A DNA stretch of 64,000 nt. It comes from Amoebidium appalachense (lineage: Eukaryota > Protista > Ichthyosporea). Location: contig CAVNZM010000016.1 of NCBI GenBank assembly GCA_963693365.1, positions 1-64,000 of the forward strand, given 5' to 3'. Made by a program: the position numbers and the translations under genes. Shown here in pieces: positions 1 through 14,300 of this stretch. Position 1 is the stretch's first letter; each line of letters begins with the position of its first letter. The notes under the pieces were generated by a model. The model made no database searches, was not told the DNA's origin, and was given only the letters and a program-made list of their open reading frames with translations.

Positions 1-119
1 AGTGCTGGGCTTTCTTCGCCATGCCCCTCATTCTCGCCTTCCCTGTCCTGCCACCCACACACACAAGTACAGACTTCATGCTTACACACACACCCCTAAA
101 CTTGGTGAAAGTTTATGTC

Positions 120-152
120 ACAACACTCGCGCGTGCGCGTGCACACACAAAT

Positions 153-189
<37 letters not shown>

Positions 190-256
190 CACACGCGCGG
201 GTGCGCACGCACACACACACGCACGCACGCAAGCACGCACACACGCACGCACGCAT

Positions 257-328
<72 letters not shown>

Positions 329-360
329 CCGGCCCGCACATGCGCGCGCACACACAGAAA
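120..360. repeat. (CA)n/(CACG)n microsatellite
   Basis: Direct reading; explains the HT/CV-rich ORFs here. Confidence 0.95.
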
Positions 361-875
361 CAAAAATACATACACCTGTTGCCACGCATCCACCCTCCCC
401 TTTTTTGCACACTCAAACCCTCCCTCGTCGGATAGTTTACATACATAAACCACGGGTGTGATAGAAGTTTCTTTAAAACAGGAACACAGTTTTCTTAGAA
501 CATGTCACCTTTTTCTTTAACGACTGCATCATTTTGTTGCCTTGGTTAACATCAGCGTGTTCCGTTTTGCTTTTAGCCCTTTATAAGAATTTTCCTTTTA
601 TTCTATGCATATAACGAGGCAGTATACGTTGTTAAGGCAAACAATCTTAACTAGCCATATTTACATTTCTATCTTACTTTTTACATTTTACACATCTATC
701 ATTATCATAGGCTTAATCGTGCTGCTAGACTAGAGCCCTGGCCTGAGAGGAATGACTGCATACTGGTGATTGTTTTGGCTTTCCTTCCAAGGCAAAATTG
801 CACATAGTCTCTCAAAAGCTAATGGATTCACCACTTTCTGTGCCCAACTCTCTGCATGATAGATTGCGTCTGTCA

Positions 876-1204
876 CTATATGGGGCATGCTGCCTGTGCA
901 AGCTCTAGACCGTTTGGTTTGTCCCGGAAGTAAGCTGCACGAATGTACTGAATGATTTGTTGTTTTGGGTCAGGATAAGGACTGCTCTCAACGCTAATGG
1001 TCTTGCCCCTGCGCTTCTTCTGTGCTGGAGCTGCGGCTGCTGGCCCGTAAGTACCCGTTATTGTTTTTCTGCGCAAAATGCCTGTAGCATCCTCTGTGTC
1101 TTTTGGCAGTAGCTCTTGAAGCGCGGGAGGAAGTTGGGCGAGTAGCTCTGGGTCACGATAGAAACCTTGGTATAGGGCTCGCATGACGATCTGCCACTCA
1201 ATAC
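876..1204 (-). CDS. Probable terminal exon of an unidentified gene
   Basis: Complex coding-like frame (IEWQIVMRALYQGFYRDPELL...AACPI*) preceded on the minus strand by ctgcag acceptor and a poly-C/(CA)n intron-like tract. Confidence 0.3.
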
Positions 1205-1481
1205 CTGCAGGCATTGAGTTAGTGTGTGTGTGTGTGTGTTTGTGTCTTATTTGTACATGTCTAAGGGATGGGGGGGGGGGGGGGGGGGGATGGGGAAATA
1301 AGGTTTCGTGTGTTATGTGCCTCGAGAGGGTGGTGGGAAAAAGGGACGAGGGGGAGAGACCAGTGTGAGGTAGGGAGCGAGAAAGATGAGAGGGGGTGAA
1401 AGGTGGGGGGGGGGGGGGAGGGGGGGGGGGGTGGGGGATGAGTAAGATAAGAAGAGTGGGAAATGCGTAAAAGGAGGCCCT

Positions 1482-1516
<35 letters not shown>

Positions 1517-3604
1517 GGGGCATGCCTCTTCTCGTGTCATGTGTGCGTGTGTGTTGGGGGGGGGGGGGGGGGGGGGGGGGGTTGAGGGACAAAGCATGGG
1601 TGGAGAGTGCGGGAGGCCAAGGGAGGGGGGAGGTGGGTATGAAGGATGGGGGGAGAAGGATTCATGTCATATGTGCTTAGAGAGACTTGGGAAGAGGAAG
1701 GGGGGGGGGGGGGGGGGGGAGGAGGGGGAGGGAGGGAAGGAGGAAGATGGAGAGAGGGGGGGTGGGGGGGGGGGGGGGGGGCAGGGGGGGGTAGTAAGGA
1801 GTATGGGAAAGGTATAAAAGGGCGCCGGGGATGGGGAGGAAAAGGGGGGGGGGGGGGGGGGGAGGGGGATGTTTGAGGGGGGGGGGGGGGGGGGATAGAA
1901 TTCAGGCATTTTCGTTGTGGCTCAGTCAGGTTTTACAGATAAGGATGTTCGCGAGCGCCAGCGGATGCGCAACCATGAAGATGACAACCACGGCAACGTT
2001 CGGGGGTGGGCTCAGCTCTCCCGTGGCTTAACGAGGGTGTTGCTTCGGACTGTGGTTCTTGTTAGCAACGAAAAGGCAGATTAGTCAGTAGTGCTATTTC
2101 GTTATTTTTTGCTAGGTATACGTAGCTTACATTTGTGCTGGAATACGCTGGACACTGTAGTTCGCATAATCTTGTGTAGCCATGCCTTATGCTTAAGCCC
2201 GAGCTTCACTTATGTGTGCTATTAACACTGCATAAATGTGATATCCTTTAGCTACAAAGCTTTTAACTCATTGTTAACGTTCTCTAGATCCATTGAAGCA
2301 TAGCATGCATATGTAACGTACTGCAGGCTGTAAGCCAGCGCCACAACAACCTGTGTGCGGTGTCAACGATATGGCTAATAAAAACGACGAGAAAAAATCT
2401 GTTTGTGGTGCCAATTTATTGCCTGGTTCCCCCGTTATTTTTTTATTTTTTTTTTTTTTCCCGGGGGGGGGGGGGGGGGGGGGGGGGGGGATGCCATCAT
2501 TGCCATGGGACCCGATCGGGCCAGACCGTCCAGACGTCCTAGACACGTGAGCCTAATCTCGCGCACGTTCGGGGTGACGTGATCGCAATCTTGACTTTGC
2601 ATTCCAGACTTACAGTACGAGCGGCTAAGGTATGAGTCACAGGAATGTGCTAATGACTCTTTGTGCATTTCTTTGGGCGCGCGCATGAGCCTCCGCACAC
2701 AAAATCTCAAGAACGACATCGGCCATCGGCCGGCCCGACTTTATAGGCACCGAATAGTCCCTATCGTAGGCACAAATCGGGCACGATTCTCTGATTGCGG
2801 ATTTTGCAGTGAGACATGTGCAAGCACCACGGCCGTCAGAATACTAGCTAACAAATCATGCAAAATAACACGGCGTCGCCTGGCCAGACCAAAAGTTTTT
2901 ACGTGTACACATGTACACATGTTAACCGGGGGGGGGGGGGGGGGGGGGGGGGGTAGTTGAAAAATTATATATTTATTTGGGGCAAGGACAGGGAAAGCAG
3001 AGAGTCTGACACAGTGGTGCAGTGTAAAAGCACCACGAATAGCACTTATGGCGGACGCTACATCGTGAACAACCAAGGAGCCGTAGCAGACTTGAACTTG
3101 CTTCGACTGAGCTGTATTCTGAGTGTACGTCCGACTTATCCAGTAAGCCGCGCACAGATGGGCAATATGGAATCGTGATATACAGCCAATCAGATATGAA
3201 TATGAACACGCCATAGTCAGTTTTGCGGTCATGATGTACATCATGTACAACCTAGCAAAACAACTGACAAATGGATAACAATAAAGTGGAAATGTTTCTA
3301 TAGTTATTCACATAAACATACAACCATTGAATCTACTTGATCACAATATTATTACCATGGTCTGATATGTGCACAGCTCTTGGAGTGCAGGTGTAGTACG
3401 TCAGGAACACGTACACTAGACCTATCAGAATGGAGAGAGCAAGAACGTGTATCCAAAGGGCCAATGATTGGATACAGAGGAAGCAGCAGCGTTTCACTGA
3501 GAGAGGGAGAGAGAGGAACAGATAATATATGATTTCTACAGAGTATATACTATATTCGAATTCTTGCAACTCTAGAAAATACACACACGAACGTGTATTT
3601 TAAC

Positions 3605-4254
3605 AGTAGTACTGCCCCCCACCCGTGTGAGGTGGCAGCATCTGTGATGAGAGTGGCCGTGATAGGCTGATCAGGCCAGATTTCCGTGCGGGGAAGCCGA
3701 CCTATTATACCCATGGTTTTACCAATATGGTCACGGTGTAGCTGCCGACCCATTAACCGCGCAAAGCTACGCCAGTTCACGCCGCGTAGAGCACCATACA
3801 CCGGCCGGACAACCGTGAGTACATGAGGCACCGCCGCACGCAAACTAACAACCCACCCTAGTCATCTAGCCACCTGCTTCTTTTCCACCCACCGCCGTCC
3901 TTTGCCCGCCTTAGCCATCAAAGAACGTGTTTCCCCCGTTAATTTTTCCGAAGACGCCACTGTGGGCGACAAATACCCTTCCTCCAAATTTATGTGGATG
4001 CCCAAATGGTCGAGGGCACTCACTGGGTCCCAATGACCCTTATCCGGATGCTTTTTAAGGCCGGTGACTTTCAATTCCTGCTCCACCACCCCGCGTGTGT
4101 CGAGTGCCCGTGCCGCCTGTTCGAAGATGGCCCAGTCATCGAGGAAAACCAACGGACAGATGCCGCGTGCACGTAACCGACGCGCGAACTCGCGCATAAG
4201 GCGCATGAAAAAGTAGGGACTGAGGGAGTAACCCAAGGGCAGCACCTGTAACAC
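3605..4254 (-). pseudogene. DIRS-type RT/RNase H fragment
   Basis: VLPLGYSLSPYFF, FLDDW, HLGIHIN and LITDAATSHGWGAVL motifs; in-frame stop at ~3862; truncated both ends. Confidence 0.8.
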
Positions 4255-4898
4255 GTATCCTAACTTATGTGTATTAAGAGATGCGGCACTCTTCTAAGTA
4301 AACACACACTGAGAGGAACGAACGTGTACGAGAAAACTGCAAAGTTCATTACTAGGCCTGACTCCGATGGGCAACCTGTGATCCCAATGGAACCAAGCTA
4401 AGTCACGACTGCGGCCATCAAGGCCGTGCCCCCAAAGATCATCATCACCAGGCCCCCCCACGATGCCACTGGCACATTCCTTACATTCCGATCTAGCGAA
4501 CTTTATCGTGCGCCTGCACGAGCTAAGTCTATCGGCTCACACTAATATACATATCCTTGTCTCTCCCCTCTCCCTTCCCCTCGGGGCACCGCAGAGTCTA
4601 AGTCTACATTTCAAACTACCTCCCCCCTCCCCCCTCTATTCTTTCCTGTACATCAATATATACATACATTTGGCAGATAGCACTATCCGAACTTGCCAAT
4701 ATTTACAAGGGCATCTGCCCGAACTTATTGCATTCCAAAGTCCTCCTAAGATCTATCCTATACACTATTCTAATTCTATTGGTCGGCTGCTCCAGGCTGA
4801 CGTGGTCCTGCCCTGCGCCTGCCGAGACAAGACGTCCGCCGCTGTACAGCTGATCTTGAGGCCCCGGACTTGATATTGATGACCTGTGGACCCGGGCC

Positions 4899-4953
<55 letters not shown>

Positions 4954-5055
4954 ATCTTGATCTTTGACTTAGGATGATCTGCTGAGGCGGATTAGTATAT
5001 GTCAACCCCTCCCCCCCCCCCCCCCCCCCCCCCCCCCCGCGAAAAAGCTGAGTTC
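4255..5055 (-). mobile_element. Diverged Gypsy 3' LTR plus PPT, related to the 9008-9720 LTR
   Basis: Colinear similarity to 9008-9755, ending ...attagtatatgtca at 5004, then C-run (PPT) and aaaagctgagt. Confidence 0.8.
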
Positions 5056-5831
5056 TGTTGGACAGCAGTGTGTTCATAGAAGCTAGTTCTAGTGCACGTT
5101 GTTCCTTCTGTAAGTCAGAAATGATTGCATCTTGTGAGGCCAACCTCTGCTCCAGTAGTTGGACTAGTTGCTGCAACTGTAAGTTGTCAGACATAGTGTC
5201 GTGTATGATGGGTAACAAGTCTATGTGTTTTGTGCACTGAAAACGACAGTAGAAAAGTGTAAATCAAACGTTCTGCTTCCCATGTTTGTGACATGGGAGG
5301 CACTGCTTTATATAGTCGTTGGCCACCTCATGGTGGCCTCGTGTGCACCCTGGTGGTGGGCCATGTACAGCATGGCCGAAAAGAGAGCACAATGAAAACA
5401 AGTCGTTAAAGATATAAAAGTTAACTGTGCACGTTGAGTGGCTAGTTAACTTGCACTAAAGCACACAAATAAACGTGTTTAACACTTGGCAATTGCAGTT
5501 AAACGTAAATCTTACTTCACACAACTAAAAATATTCTGAGAATTCGAATATCCGGGAATAAAGCACACTACCACTCTAAGAATAGAATCCTGTGTCAAAT
5601 ATAGACATGACATCATCTGAACCGGGAATATCAATTAAAGAGCACAATTAGCACGTTGCTAGTGAAGCTCGTCATTGGTACAGTTTTGGCTCAAACATAT
5701 AACTACCATATATGAATATGACCGTAAACAAAAGCTCTATGCACTCGAGTGAGTGTTGAAACAATTATTCAATTGCTCAGAACCTTTCTCTAACAGACAT
5801 TGCTAGCCGGGAGTACCAGTGTTCTCCAACA
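5056..5831 (-). mobile_element. Copia LTR (same family as 49277-55155)
   Basis: TGTTG...CAACA ends; near-identical to 49277-50041. Confidence 0.9.
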
Positions 5832-5835
5832 GTGC

Positions 5836-6078
5836 AACACCCCTACTCAATTGGATAATTGTGGTATGAATTAATGCAACTGAGCTCGAGTGCTTGACAG
5901 GGCCTTGGTGAACATGTCGGCCTTTTTGTCAGCAGAAGCCACCGGGACCACAGTGATGTTGCCCAGCAGGTGACGTTCCTTGACGGAGCAGTAGCGGACG
6001 TCGATGTGCTTGGTCTTGGGCTTAACCCCCAGGGTGTCCAGCAGGACCCGGGCAGACTCATTGTCCCCATGGATGGGC
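5836..6078 (-). pseudogene. Copia 3' fragment (RNase H C-terminus, PPT) with internal deletion
   Basis: KTKHIDVRY and ADMFTKAL; matches ~50040-50097 joined to ~50273-50455. Confidence 0.85.
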
Positions 6079-6082
6079 TTGT

Positions 6083-6313
6083 TGTTGGAGTACACTGGTA
6101 CTCCCGGCTAGCAATGTCTGTTAGAGAAAGTTTCTGAGCAATTGAATAATTGTTTCAACACTCACTCGAGTGCATAGAGCTTTTGTTTACGGTCATATTC
6201 ATATATGGTAGTTATATGTTTGAGCCAAAACTGTACCAATGACGAGCTTCACTAGCAACGTGCTAATTGTGCTCATTAATTAATATTCCCGGTTCAGATG
6301 ATGTCATGTCTAT
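6083..6313 (+). mobile_element. Copia solo LTR, left part (split by TIR element)
   Basis: Starts TGTTGGAG; CTTGT at 6078-6082 and 32469-32473 flank the rejoined LTR (5-bp TSD). Confidence 0.88.
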
Positions 6314-6598
6314 GGACCACTTTGGATCTATTTAATAGGCCGATTTGTGGAATGTGGCTCATGACCCATAGGGCCTAGCCCGCCCCATGGGTTTTGGCGG
6401 GAAACTTTCCCCGCCAACGCGTAACACGTGCAGCAGCGTACCACTTTTCCACCAACCCTTAGAAGGGAAAAAAGAGGGTTTTCGCATAAAAAGTTTATTA
6501 CATACAACAATTGTTTGTTAGCTCACGCACATTTTTGCTTAGGTGCAGGATGTGCTGCCGGCTAACGGCCCTACGTGGGCCTGCACAGTAGCGAAAAA

Positions 6599-7132
6599 AT
6601 GGTCCAGAAGTGTAACCACGCTCTCTGTTCCAAAAAACAGAAAAACGGTGTTCCTAAGTTTGTACAAATAAAGGGTCCTGAGTATGCAACTGAGGTTTTT
6701 CTTAGGGTGGGACGCACTGAAGAATGGGTCGAATTAAAGAAAAACAGTAAAAACATGCGGCTTTGCCGCGACCACTTTGATGATGACCAGTTTGAGAATG
6801 GTGACCGTGAAAACAAACCTCTAAAACCCAAGGCCCTTCCGCGAGCGTGGTCGGATGATGTAAGCAACGGACGCCTAGCGGTGCCTGAGGGTGTCGAAAT
6901 ACCCGGGTATAACAAGGAGGAGGCTGAGCGTAAAAGGAAACTAGACACAGAGCGCAGAGAGAGAGCTGCAAAACGAGCGAGAGATGAGATGGTGGAGGTG
7001 AGGAGGAGGCAAAAAAATAAAGAGCACGTATTGGCATGGGTTCGAGGTTCATTAAATGCAGTTGCTTCCCCCCCCCCCCCCTACTCTTCGGTCACCCCTG
7101 CCACTCAATCTTTCTTTTTCCTCTTTGCATGA
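6599..7132 (+). CDS. THAP zinc-finger protein (probable transposase N-terminus; no DDE domain seen)
   Basis: CNHALC...W...RLCRDHF...LKPKALP (C2CH plus AVPT-like box) followed by a charged coiled coil; 3' end uncertain, possible donor GAG|GTGAGG near 6999. Confidence 0.75.
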   Translation: MVQKCNHALCSKKQKNGVPKFVQIKGPEYATEVFLRVGRTEEWVELKKNSKNMRLCRDHFDDDQFENGDRENKPLKPKALPRAWSDDVSNGRLAVPEGVEIPGYNKEEAERKRKLDTERRERAAKRARDEMVEVRRRQKNKEHVLAWVRGSLNAVASPPPPYSSVTPATQSFFFLFA

Positions 7133-7242
7133 TGGATGGGTGTGTGGGAGGGGGGAGGGTGTGTGTGTGTGGGGGGGGGGGGGGGGGGGGGAGGAGGGAT
7201 GGAAGAGAAAGGGTCTGAGAAACAAGATTCAGTGAACAGATA

Positions 7243-7329
<87 letters not shown>

Positions 7330-7600
7330 CCCGGGGGGGGGAGAGCATGGGCTATGCCGTGCTGTTTTGGTGAAGTGGGGATGGGGGGGGGGGGGGAGAG
7401 AGGGGGATCAATATTTCGGAGGGAGGGGGGAGGGGGGGGGGAGGGGGCATCATGGGGATGGGATGGGGGCGGGGGGGGGGGGGCAGTGGGACAGATTGGG
7501 GAAGGAAGGAAGGGGATGTCTTGTAAATGGGTAAGAGAATGATTTAAGCCTGGGCTCATATAAGTATGTGTGTGTGTGTGTGTTTGTGTGGTGTGTGTGT

Positions 7601-7656
<56 letters not shown>

Positions 7657-7662
7657 GTGTGT

Positions 7663-7733
<71 letters not shown>

Positions 7734-8046
7734 TGCAGTGTGTGTGTGTGTGTGTCTGTGTCTGTGTGTCTGTGTGTGTGTGTGTGGGGGGGGGGGGGGA
7801 GGGGGGAGGGGGGAGGGGGGATGGCCCAGTGGCATCGTTACGTCCTGCTGTTCAAGTTAGCATTTGGGCACTCACACAGGAATAGTCGTGACTATGTAGA
7901 AATATATTTCATACTTATTACTCACACCATATATGCGTTATGTTCACATTCATTCATTGTTTACTTTTCACTGTTACTCTACTAGTATGCGGCAAGCGCC
8001 ACTGTTTACATTCTTACAAATTATTCAGATACAGACCGAATATAAA

Positions 8047-9002
8047 TCAGTCATACTTAACGTAAATATTTACAGAATGATTTTCACGAAGTTCTTTTTG
8101 AATCTCTTTCATTCTTTTCATAGGCCCCTCCCCCAACACGGACCACGCAGGCACTTTATATGGAAGGAGGGGCTTCTTGCTCCATTTTCTTTTTACCTTC
8201 GGTGGCTCCGGCTTTTCAGCCTGTTTACGAACCATTTTTCTAAAGTTCCAATCTTGTATGTACTGTGTATGTGTTTCTACAAGCAATCGTGCGTTAGGCC
8301 GCAACCAGTAGCATGGAATCCCAGTGCAAGAGGGGTCTTCATGCGACGCGTGCAACACTATTTGTGTGATGATGGAGCACGTGCAACCTGTGTGTGTACA
8401 GCACTTGCTCTCCCCAGCAAGGCATTTGCAGTCTGTGAAAAGTATCTCCGTTATAACCCCCCCAGTTTGCTGCTCTACATTCTCAGCCGGCGTTGTGGAC
8501 CCCCCTGTTACAGCAAACGCCATATGCACAAGCCTCCACTGCTTGGTATCTCGCACCCCAACGCCGGCACTCTTTGGCACCCGCACCCTCACCATTTGCA
8601 CCACACACGGCGCTGCAGGGTTACACCCTTTCTGCACACTACACACGTGGCCCTTAGTGCTTGCACTAACATTAGACCCAAAGTGCCACCCAAACCCGTG
8701 CAAAACTCTCATGCTCCGCTCCCGCTTGATTCCCTTTAGTACACCTGAGAAATTGTTGCGTGGTTGACCGGTTACATCTCTTGCATGTACAAAGTACTCC
8801 AAAACAACGTCCTCGGGCAGTGTGGGAAGGACATACTCGGATGTCAGTACCTCAAAATCCGTGACCCATCCCCCACGAGGGAACCCGTCGGGTATTGCTG
8901 ATATTGCGATGGTTGGTTTGATGAGTTTATGGATATCAGCCACCTTCGGTGGGTACTCTAAATACTCTCCCCTTGCATATAACTCCGGTGTCCCTGCGTG
9001 TG
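8047..9002 (-). CDS. C-terminal half of Exo1/XPG-SWIM fusion (SWIM-type Zn finger)
   Basis: CKCLAGESKCCTH and SCTGIPCYW motifs; joins in frame to 30573-31611 when the Gypsy and one GCAGC are removed. Confidence 0.8.
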
Positions 9003-9007
9003 GCAGC

Positions 9008-9720
9008 TGTCGTATCCTATTATGTATGTACTAGAGACGCGGCACTCTACTAAGTGTACACACACGAAAAGGAACGAACGTGTACAGAAAAACGGTAAAG
9101 TTTATTCAGACCAGGCTCCGACGGGCAAACTTAGATCCGAACGGAATGAGTCTAAGTTACGACTGAGGCCATCAAGGCCGTGCCCTACAAGATCATCATC
9201 ACCTGGCCCCCTACGATGCCACATTCCGTACATTCCGATCTAACTTTATCGTGCGCCTGCACGAGCTAAGTCGATCGGCTCACACTAATATATTTATCTA
9301 AGTCTCACCCCTCTCCCTTCCCCTAGTGGCACCGCAGAGTCTAATTCTACATTTCATACTATCTCCCTCCCCCCTCCCTCCCCCCTTTCCTCTGTCATCG
9401 AAATATATAAATACGTTTGGCAGCATACACTATCAAAACTTGCCAATATTTACAAAAGGGCCTCTGCCCGAACAATCACATTCCTAAGTCCTCCTACGAT
9501 CTATCCTACACACTAATTAGAATTCTATTGGTCGGCTGTCCCAGCTGACGTGGTCCTGCCCTGCGCCGGCAGAGGCAAGATGATGCACACAGCTGCACAG
9601 CTATCTTGAGGCCCCGGATTTGATCTTGATGATCTGTGGACCCGGGCCACCCCCCCCCCCCCCCCCCCGATCTCGATCGTAGACTTAGGCTAATCTGCTG
9701 AGACGGATTAGTATATGTCA
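9008..9720 (-). repeat. Gypsy 3' LTR
   Basis: Direct repeat of 29859-30572; adjacent C-rich tract 9721-9740 is the PPT on the minus strand. Confidence 0.93.
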
Positions 9721-10170
9721 ACTCCCCCCCCGGCCCCCGGAAAAGCTGAGTCCCACCTCAGTCACATTACATCCATCAGCAAACTTCATCCGGCATCCGA
9801 AACCCATTAAAAACCCATTAAAGATATCATAAACCCATAAACCCATCTTTTTGCCACTCTTTATCCCCCTCTTGTCTTTTAGATAACATAACAGCATCGT
9901 TTTGCTATCACGGGTTTTCTGGATATCATTTTGGTATCTGTTGCTAGATATCAAAATGATCTCATAATGGGCTCATACGGAGCACCCTGAACCCATCGTT
10001 GTTCTATCCTGTGTTCCATGTATTCAACAACCTCGTTATATCCGTATGATACCATTATGATAGTCTATTTGATATCATAAAATCTTTTTAGTCTGATGTT
10101 CAGAAGCGTTTTAGACATAATAAAGATATCTCTAATAGCGGATTAGGAGCCCTTCCCCATATCCTTATGG

Positions 10171-10269
10171 TATACTAAACACGCGTAACTACGACCTGTT
10201 TATTAGATGTATTGATTGGCTTGAGAAACACATCACTACAAAATTATAGCGCACGCGCACACACACACA

Positions 10270-10320
<51 letters not shown>

Positions 10321-10360
10321 CCAGCTGATACCGAGTGTCCCGAGGGGAGCCCCTTTAAAA

Positions 10361-10416
<56 letters not shown>

Positions 10417-10611
10417 GGGGAACCCCAACTAATTGATTTCTCCTTGTAGTCTTTATGGTGTCTCGTAGAGAAAGTAAACCCTGATATATAGTCACCACCC
10501 GACATCTATGTACGTGATCATGATATACCGCTGAGGGGATATTCCGAGCAAACCCCCCCCCCCCATACCTGAGACTGGTTCTCTTTGCCTCGAGTAAACA
10601 GCGTAAACCCC
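10171..10611 (+). mobile_element. 5'-truncated LINE (3' end only)
   Basis: Near-identical to ~14629-15068. Confidence 0.9.
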
Positions 10612-11235
10612 TATCACATATCCTTACGATATATATGATAATCGATCATAAGATACATATATATCTATATGATATCATTTCGAGGTCATTATAGGAGGTT
10701 TCGTATATGGTAATACATCTATAAGATACTATTACAGATGTCCTTTTCATATACAACGGATAGGTATAGGATGCCGAAAACATTATCTAAAGATCATACG
10801 TTAAATGTCATAACGATATAAGCCTCATAACATAAAGATAACTAGGATGGGTCAAAAGAAATTTCGTAATAATATCGTTTTGATAGTTTTAGGAGCCTTT
10901 AAAGATATGAGAAGTTCTGGCTGTATGTCCTCTACACGACATCTTTCTAGTATCTGTTACATATCGTTAAAACATATAGTAGTTTATCAGCTAACCATTC
11001 CTTATGATATTAGTAGCATATCGTTAACATAACTCTGTCACATCTTTTTGACATACAGCACATATATCAAAACGATAAATTTAAGGTATAATTAAGATTT
11101 ATTAAGAATGATTTTCGCAATATAGTTATATTATCCTTTTCATATCATTATGTTATGTCTTGATATATATGATTGAGCCATTTTCAAAGTTGATATCATC
11201 CAGACGTCGTTTCCGATCACTGTTTGATGTCGTTT

Positions 11236-11267
<32 letters not shown>

Positions 11268-11391
11268 CCGGCCCCCCCCCCCGCCCCTCACCCCTTTCGA
11301 ACCTGCCTGTCACGTGGTCATATGTCGTCGAGCCGCTGATTACAGATCCATTTTCTGCAGACACGTCCCACTGGAACGTGTCAACTATAAC

Positions 11392-14300
11392 AAACGCCGA
11401 TGCGAGATGGAAATCGAGCTCTTCTGCGAACTGTTCGCGCTGGCGGAAGGTCGTGCATACGACCCCGTAAGCGACAAGTGGGAACCAACCCCACAGGTGT
11501 CGGACCAAACCGATGCCTAATTTATCCTTCTTCTTCTGGAATGCTCGGACACTGGGCCCCCAAAAGGGCCTCCCCCCCGGGACACTCGACGATAAAATCA
11601 GCTACATACAACAACAGACAAACAACCACACGTTTACAGTGATTTGCGAAACACAGTTTAAAAACCACCACAAATTCAACTCTACATTGGTCGACACATC
11701 CACACACCCCGGTTACGCGAAAAACCGAGGCATTATTGTACTTGCCGCACCACACGTGAGAGTGAAGTGCAAACCGGTAGCAAAAACGGAATTCTCGGTT
11801 TCTATAGAGTTTCTTTCTAATGTTTTTACTTTTGTATATTACCCACCATCTATGTCGGTTGTCGAATTGACTCACGAGTTGTCACAGTTACCAATGTCCA
11901 CTGTTATTTTAGGTGATTTTAACACGCGACTCCACCACACAGACACACTGCAAGTGAGTGTCGGGTACCCATCTAAGCCCCCGGAGCGTGCTATCCCTTT
12001 AGCAAGGTATGTCCAAAGTCACACTTTGCGGTTCCCTCAAATATCCCATGCCCACAACACCGACTGGGGAGTGGCCTTTTGGCCATCAACCATGTCAAAA
12101 CTCTCTCTCCCTCCTAAGCTCTCTAGGTCATCTGACCACTCTCCTATCCTTTTCCTACCTAAGATCTCCCTTGATCTGCTCCCCCCTCCCCCTCCCACCT
12201 TTCGCCTCCGTCTATCCCAGCTTAAGTCACAGTGGGGTAGAGTTGATGTATGTGTATGCTATGCTACGAAACACCCTATATATATGCGCCTATTAGAATC
12301 TGCACAAGCCAGGCCAGATTCACATCTCGTACTAGATACATGCACTAACTTTATTGTTGATGATTTGATAGATCTCGGTGATTATGCTGGCGGTGGTAGG
12401 AAGGAATATCCCGATGCTCTCTTGTTACCAAACACCACTCCCGCTAGACTAGGTGAACCCCTGTCTCAAAAGGAAAGCTTGCGCCGGCTTGCTAGTATGA
12501 ATCGATTTGGCCCCCCTGCTCGTATTATTGGTGATACCACTGGAGACCCCCTCATAGACTCTGATAAGTATTTCTCGGAACTGTTTAAAGATAGGACCCC
12601 CGCTCAGAAACCTATTGTGTGGCCTGTAGACCCATCTATCCCCATAGAATCGATCCTCCCCTTTTTCAGTCCCGATGCCATATGGTCTGTGATATCTAGT
12701 TATAGCTCTAGTAAGTCTTGTGGACCTGATGGACTCCCTGCTGGGTTTCTTAAAATCCTTGTTCCCTCCTACCCACAAAAGGAAAGTGATCGTGCTATTA
12801 AACCTGATCTTACTATCATGTTAAGCTCTCTCTTTTCTTGGTGTGTTAAATGTGGACATGTCCCGTCATCTTGGTTAGATACCTTAGTGATCCCCATAGT
12901 TAAGAAGGACTCTGAGGGCCCCATATCATCCTTTCGCCCCATTACACTAACCCAGGTTGTTCGTAGATTCTTTGAAGCTTGCTTACTTAGGTTATTTGCA
13001 CATCACCCTAGGTTTCAATCTATTCTTCACATACACCCATGCCAATCCGCTTTTCGTAAAAACAATTCATGTTATGTTCAAATAATGGCACTGCACGATT
13101 CTATGCAAGTTGGTGCACAATATGTTGGCTTTATTGATTGGAAAACTGCTTACGATTCTGTCTCCCCTGGTCTCCTATGGGAAAAGCTTGCTGCACGGGG
13201 TGTACCACACTGCATTGGTGTTCTGTTAGAAGCACTCTTGTCTCAAACCTATGGTAGAGCTGTGGTTAATGGGCATCTTTCATATGGTTTTGCTCCTACT
13301 AGAGGTCTCTTGCAGGGTTCATTGCTTAGCCCCTTTTTGTTTAACCTATTTATAGATGATTTGGCTGTCAAGATTTACGCCGAAAACGATGACCCTATTA
13401 ATAACTTTCCGCCTGCACTTCTCTATGCTGATGATCTGTCCCTCCTTGCCCGTACCCCTAGACGCCTGCAAAGATTGTTCGATGTAGTGTCAGAGTGGTG
13501 CAAGGCAAACCTTATGATCCTTAACATAGACAAATGTGGTGTTCTTGTACCTGATATAGCTAACAATTTACACACATTTACATTATCATCTAAACCTGTA
13601 CCTATAGTTCCAGAATACAAATATCTTGGTGTTCCGGTTGATTCTGTTGGTGTTATGTTTCCCCATATGGTCGAAAAGAGGGTAGAGTTGGCTCGTAAGC
13701 GGTTAGCTTTCTTCTCGGCTAATATTTTTAAAGACACACCCCTCCATCCTTCTATTAGACTTACATTTATTCGCACTTTTGTCTTCCCGGCATGTGAATA
13801 TGGTTTACCCCTTCTCGCCGCTTGGATCAAGAAAGAGAGAACTAGAGCGCTTAAACCCTTGGCAAATTTCCTTGAAGCAGAAGTTGCCTCCTTTCTATCT
13901 AACAACTGTTGTAAACCTGGGCCTGTAACGCTCTCGATATATGGTCTGGTCCCAATAGCTGCTAGAGTATCCTATCTCGCGCTGAAATTCAATAAGCACA
14001 TAAGCCGCTTAAAGAAGTATTTGCCCTCCCACCCTCTCTTCTCTATCCGACCTGTCCCCTCCTCACCTCTCCCCTCTTTCCTCCCCTCTCTCTCCCCTTC
14101 TCCCCTGGGCACAAATACAAATAAACCCCGCAATAGTGTGTGTGTGACTTTAGACTGCCACTTACTTATTAAACATGTACACAATCACAAGATAATCACG
14201 CAATATAACAAATGGAAAAAGATACCACACGACACTAGACCCGATGAAAGCATACACCTTGAAAAACTAAGCCTTATGTCTCGTTTTATATATACTGACC

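Noticed and set aside
7933-8767. Plus-strand 268-aa and 147-aa ORFs
   Set aside because: Antisense shadows of the SWIM-containing ORF with no recognisable motifs
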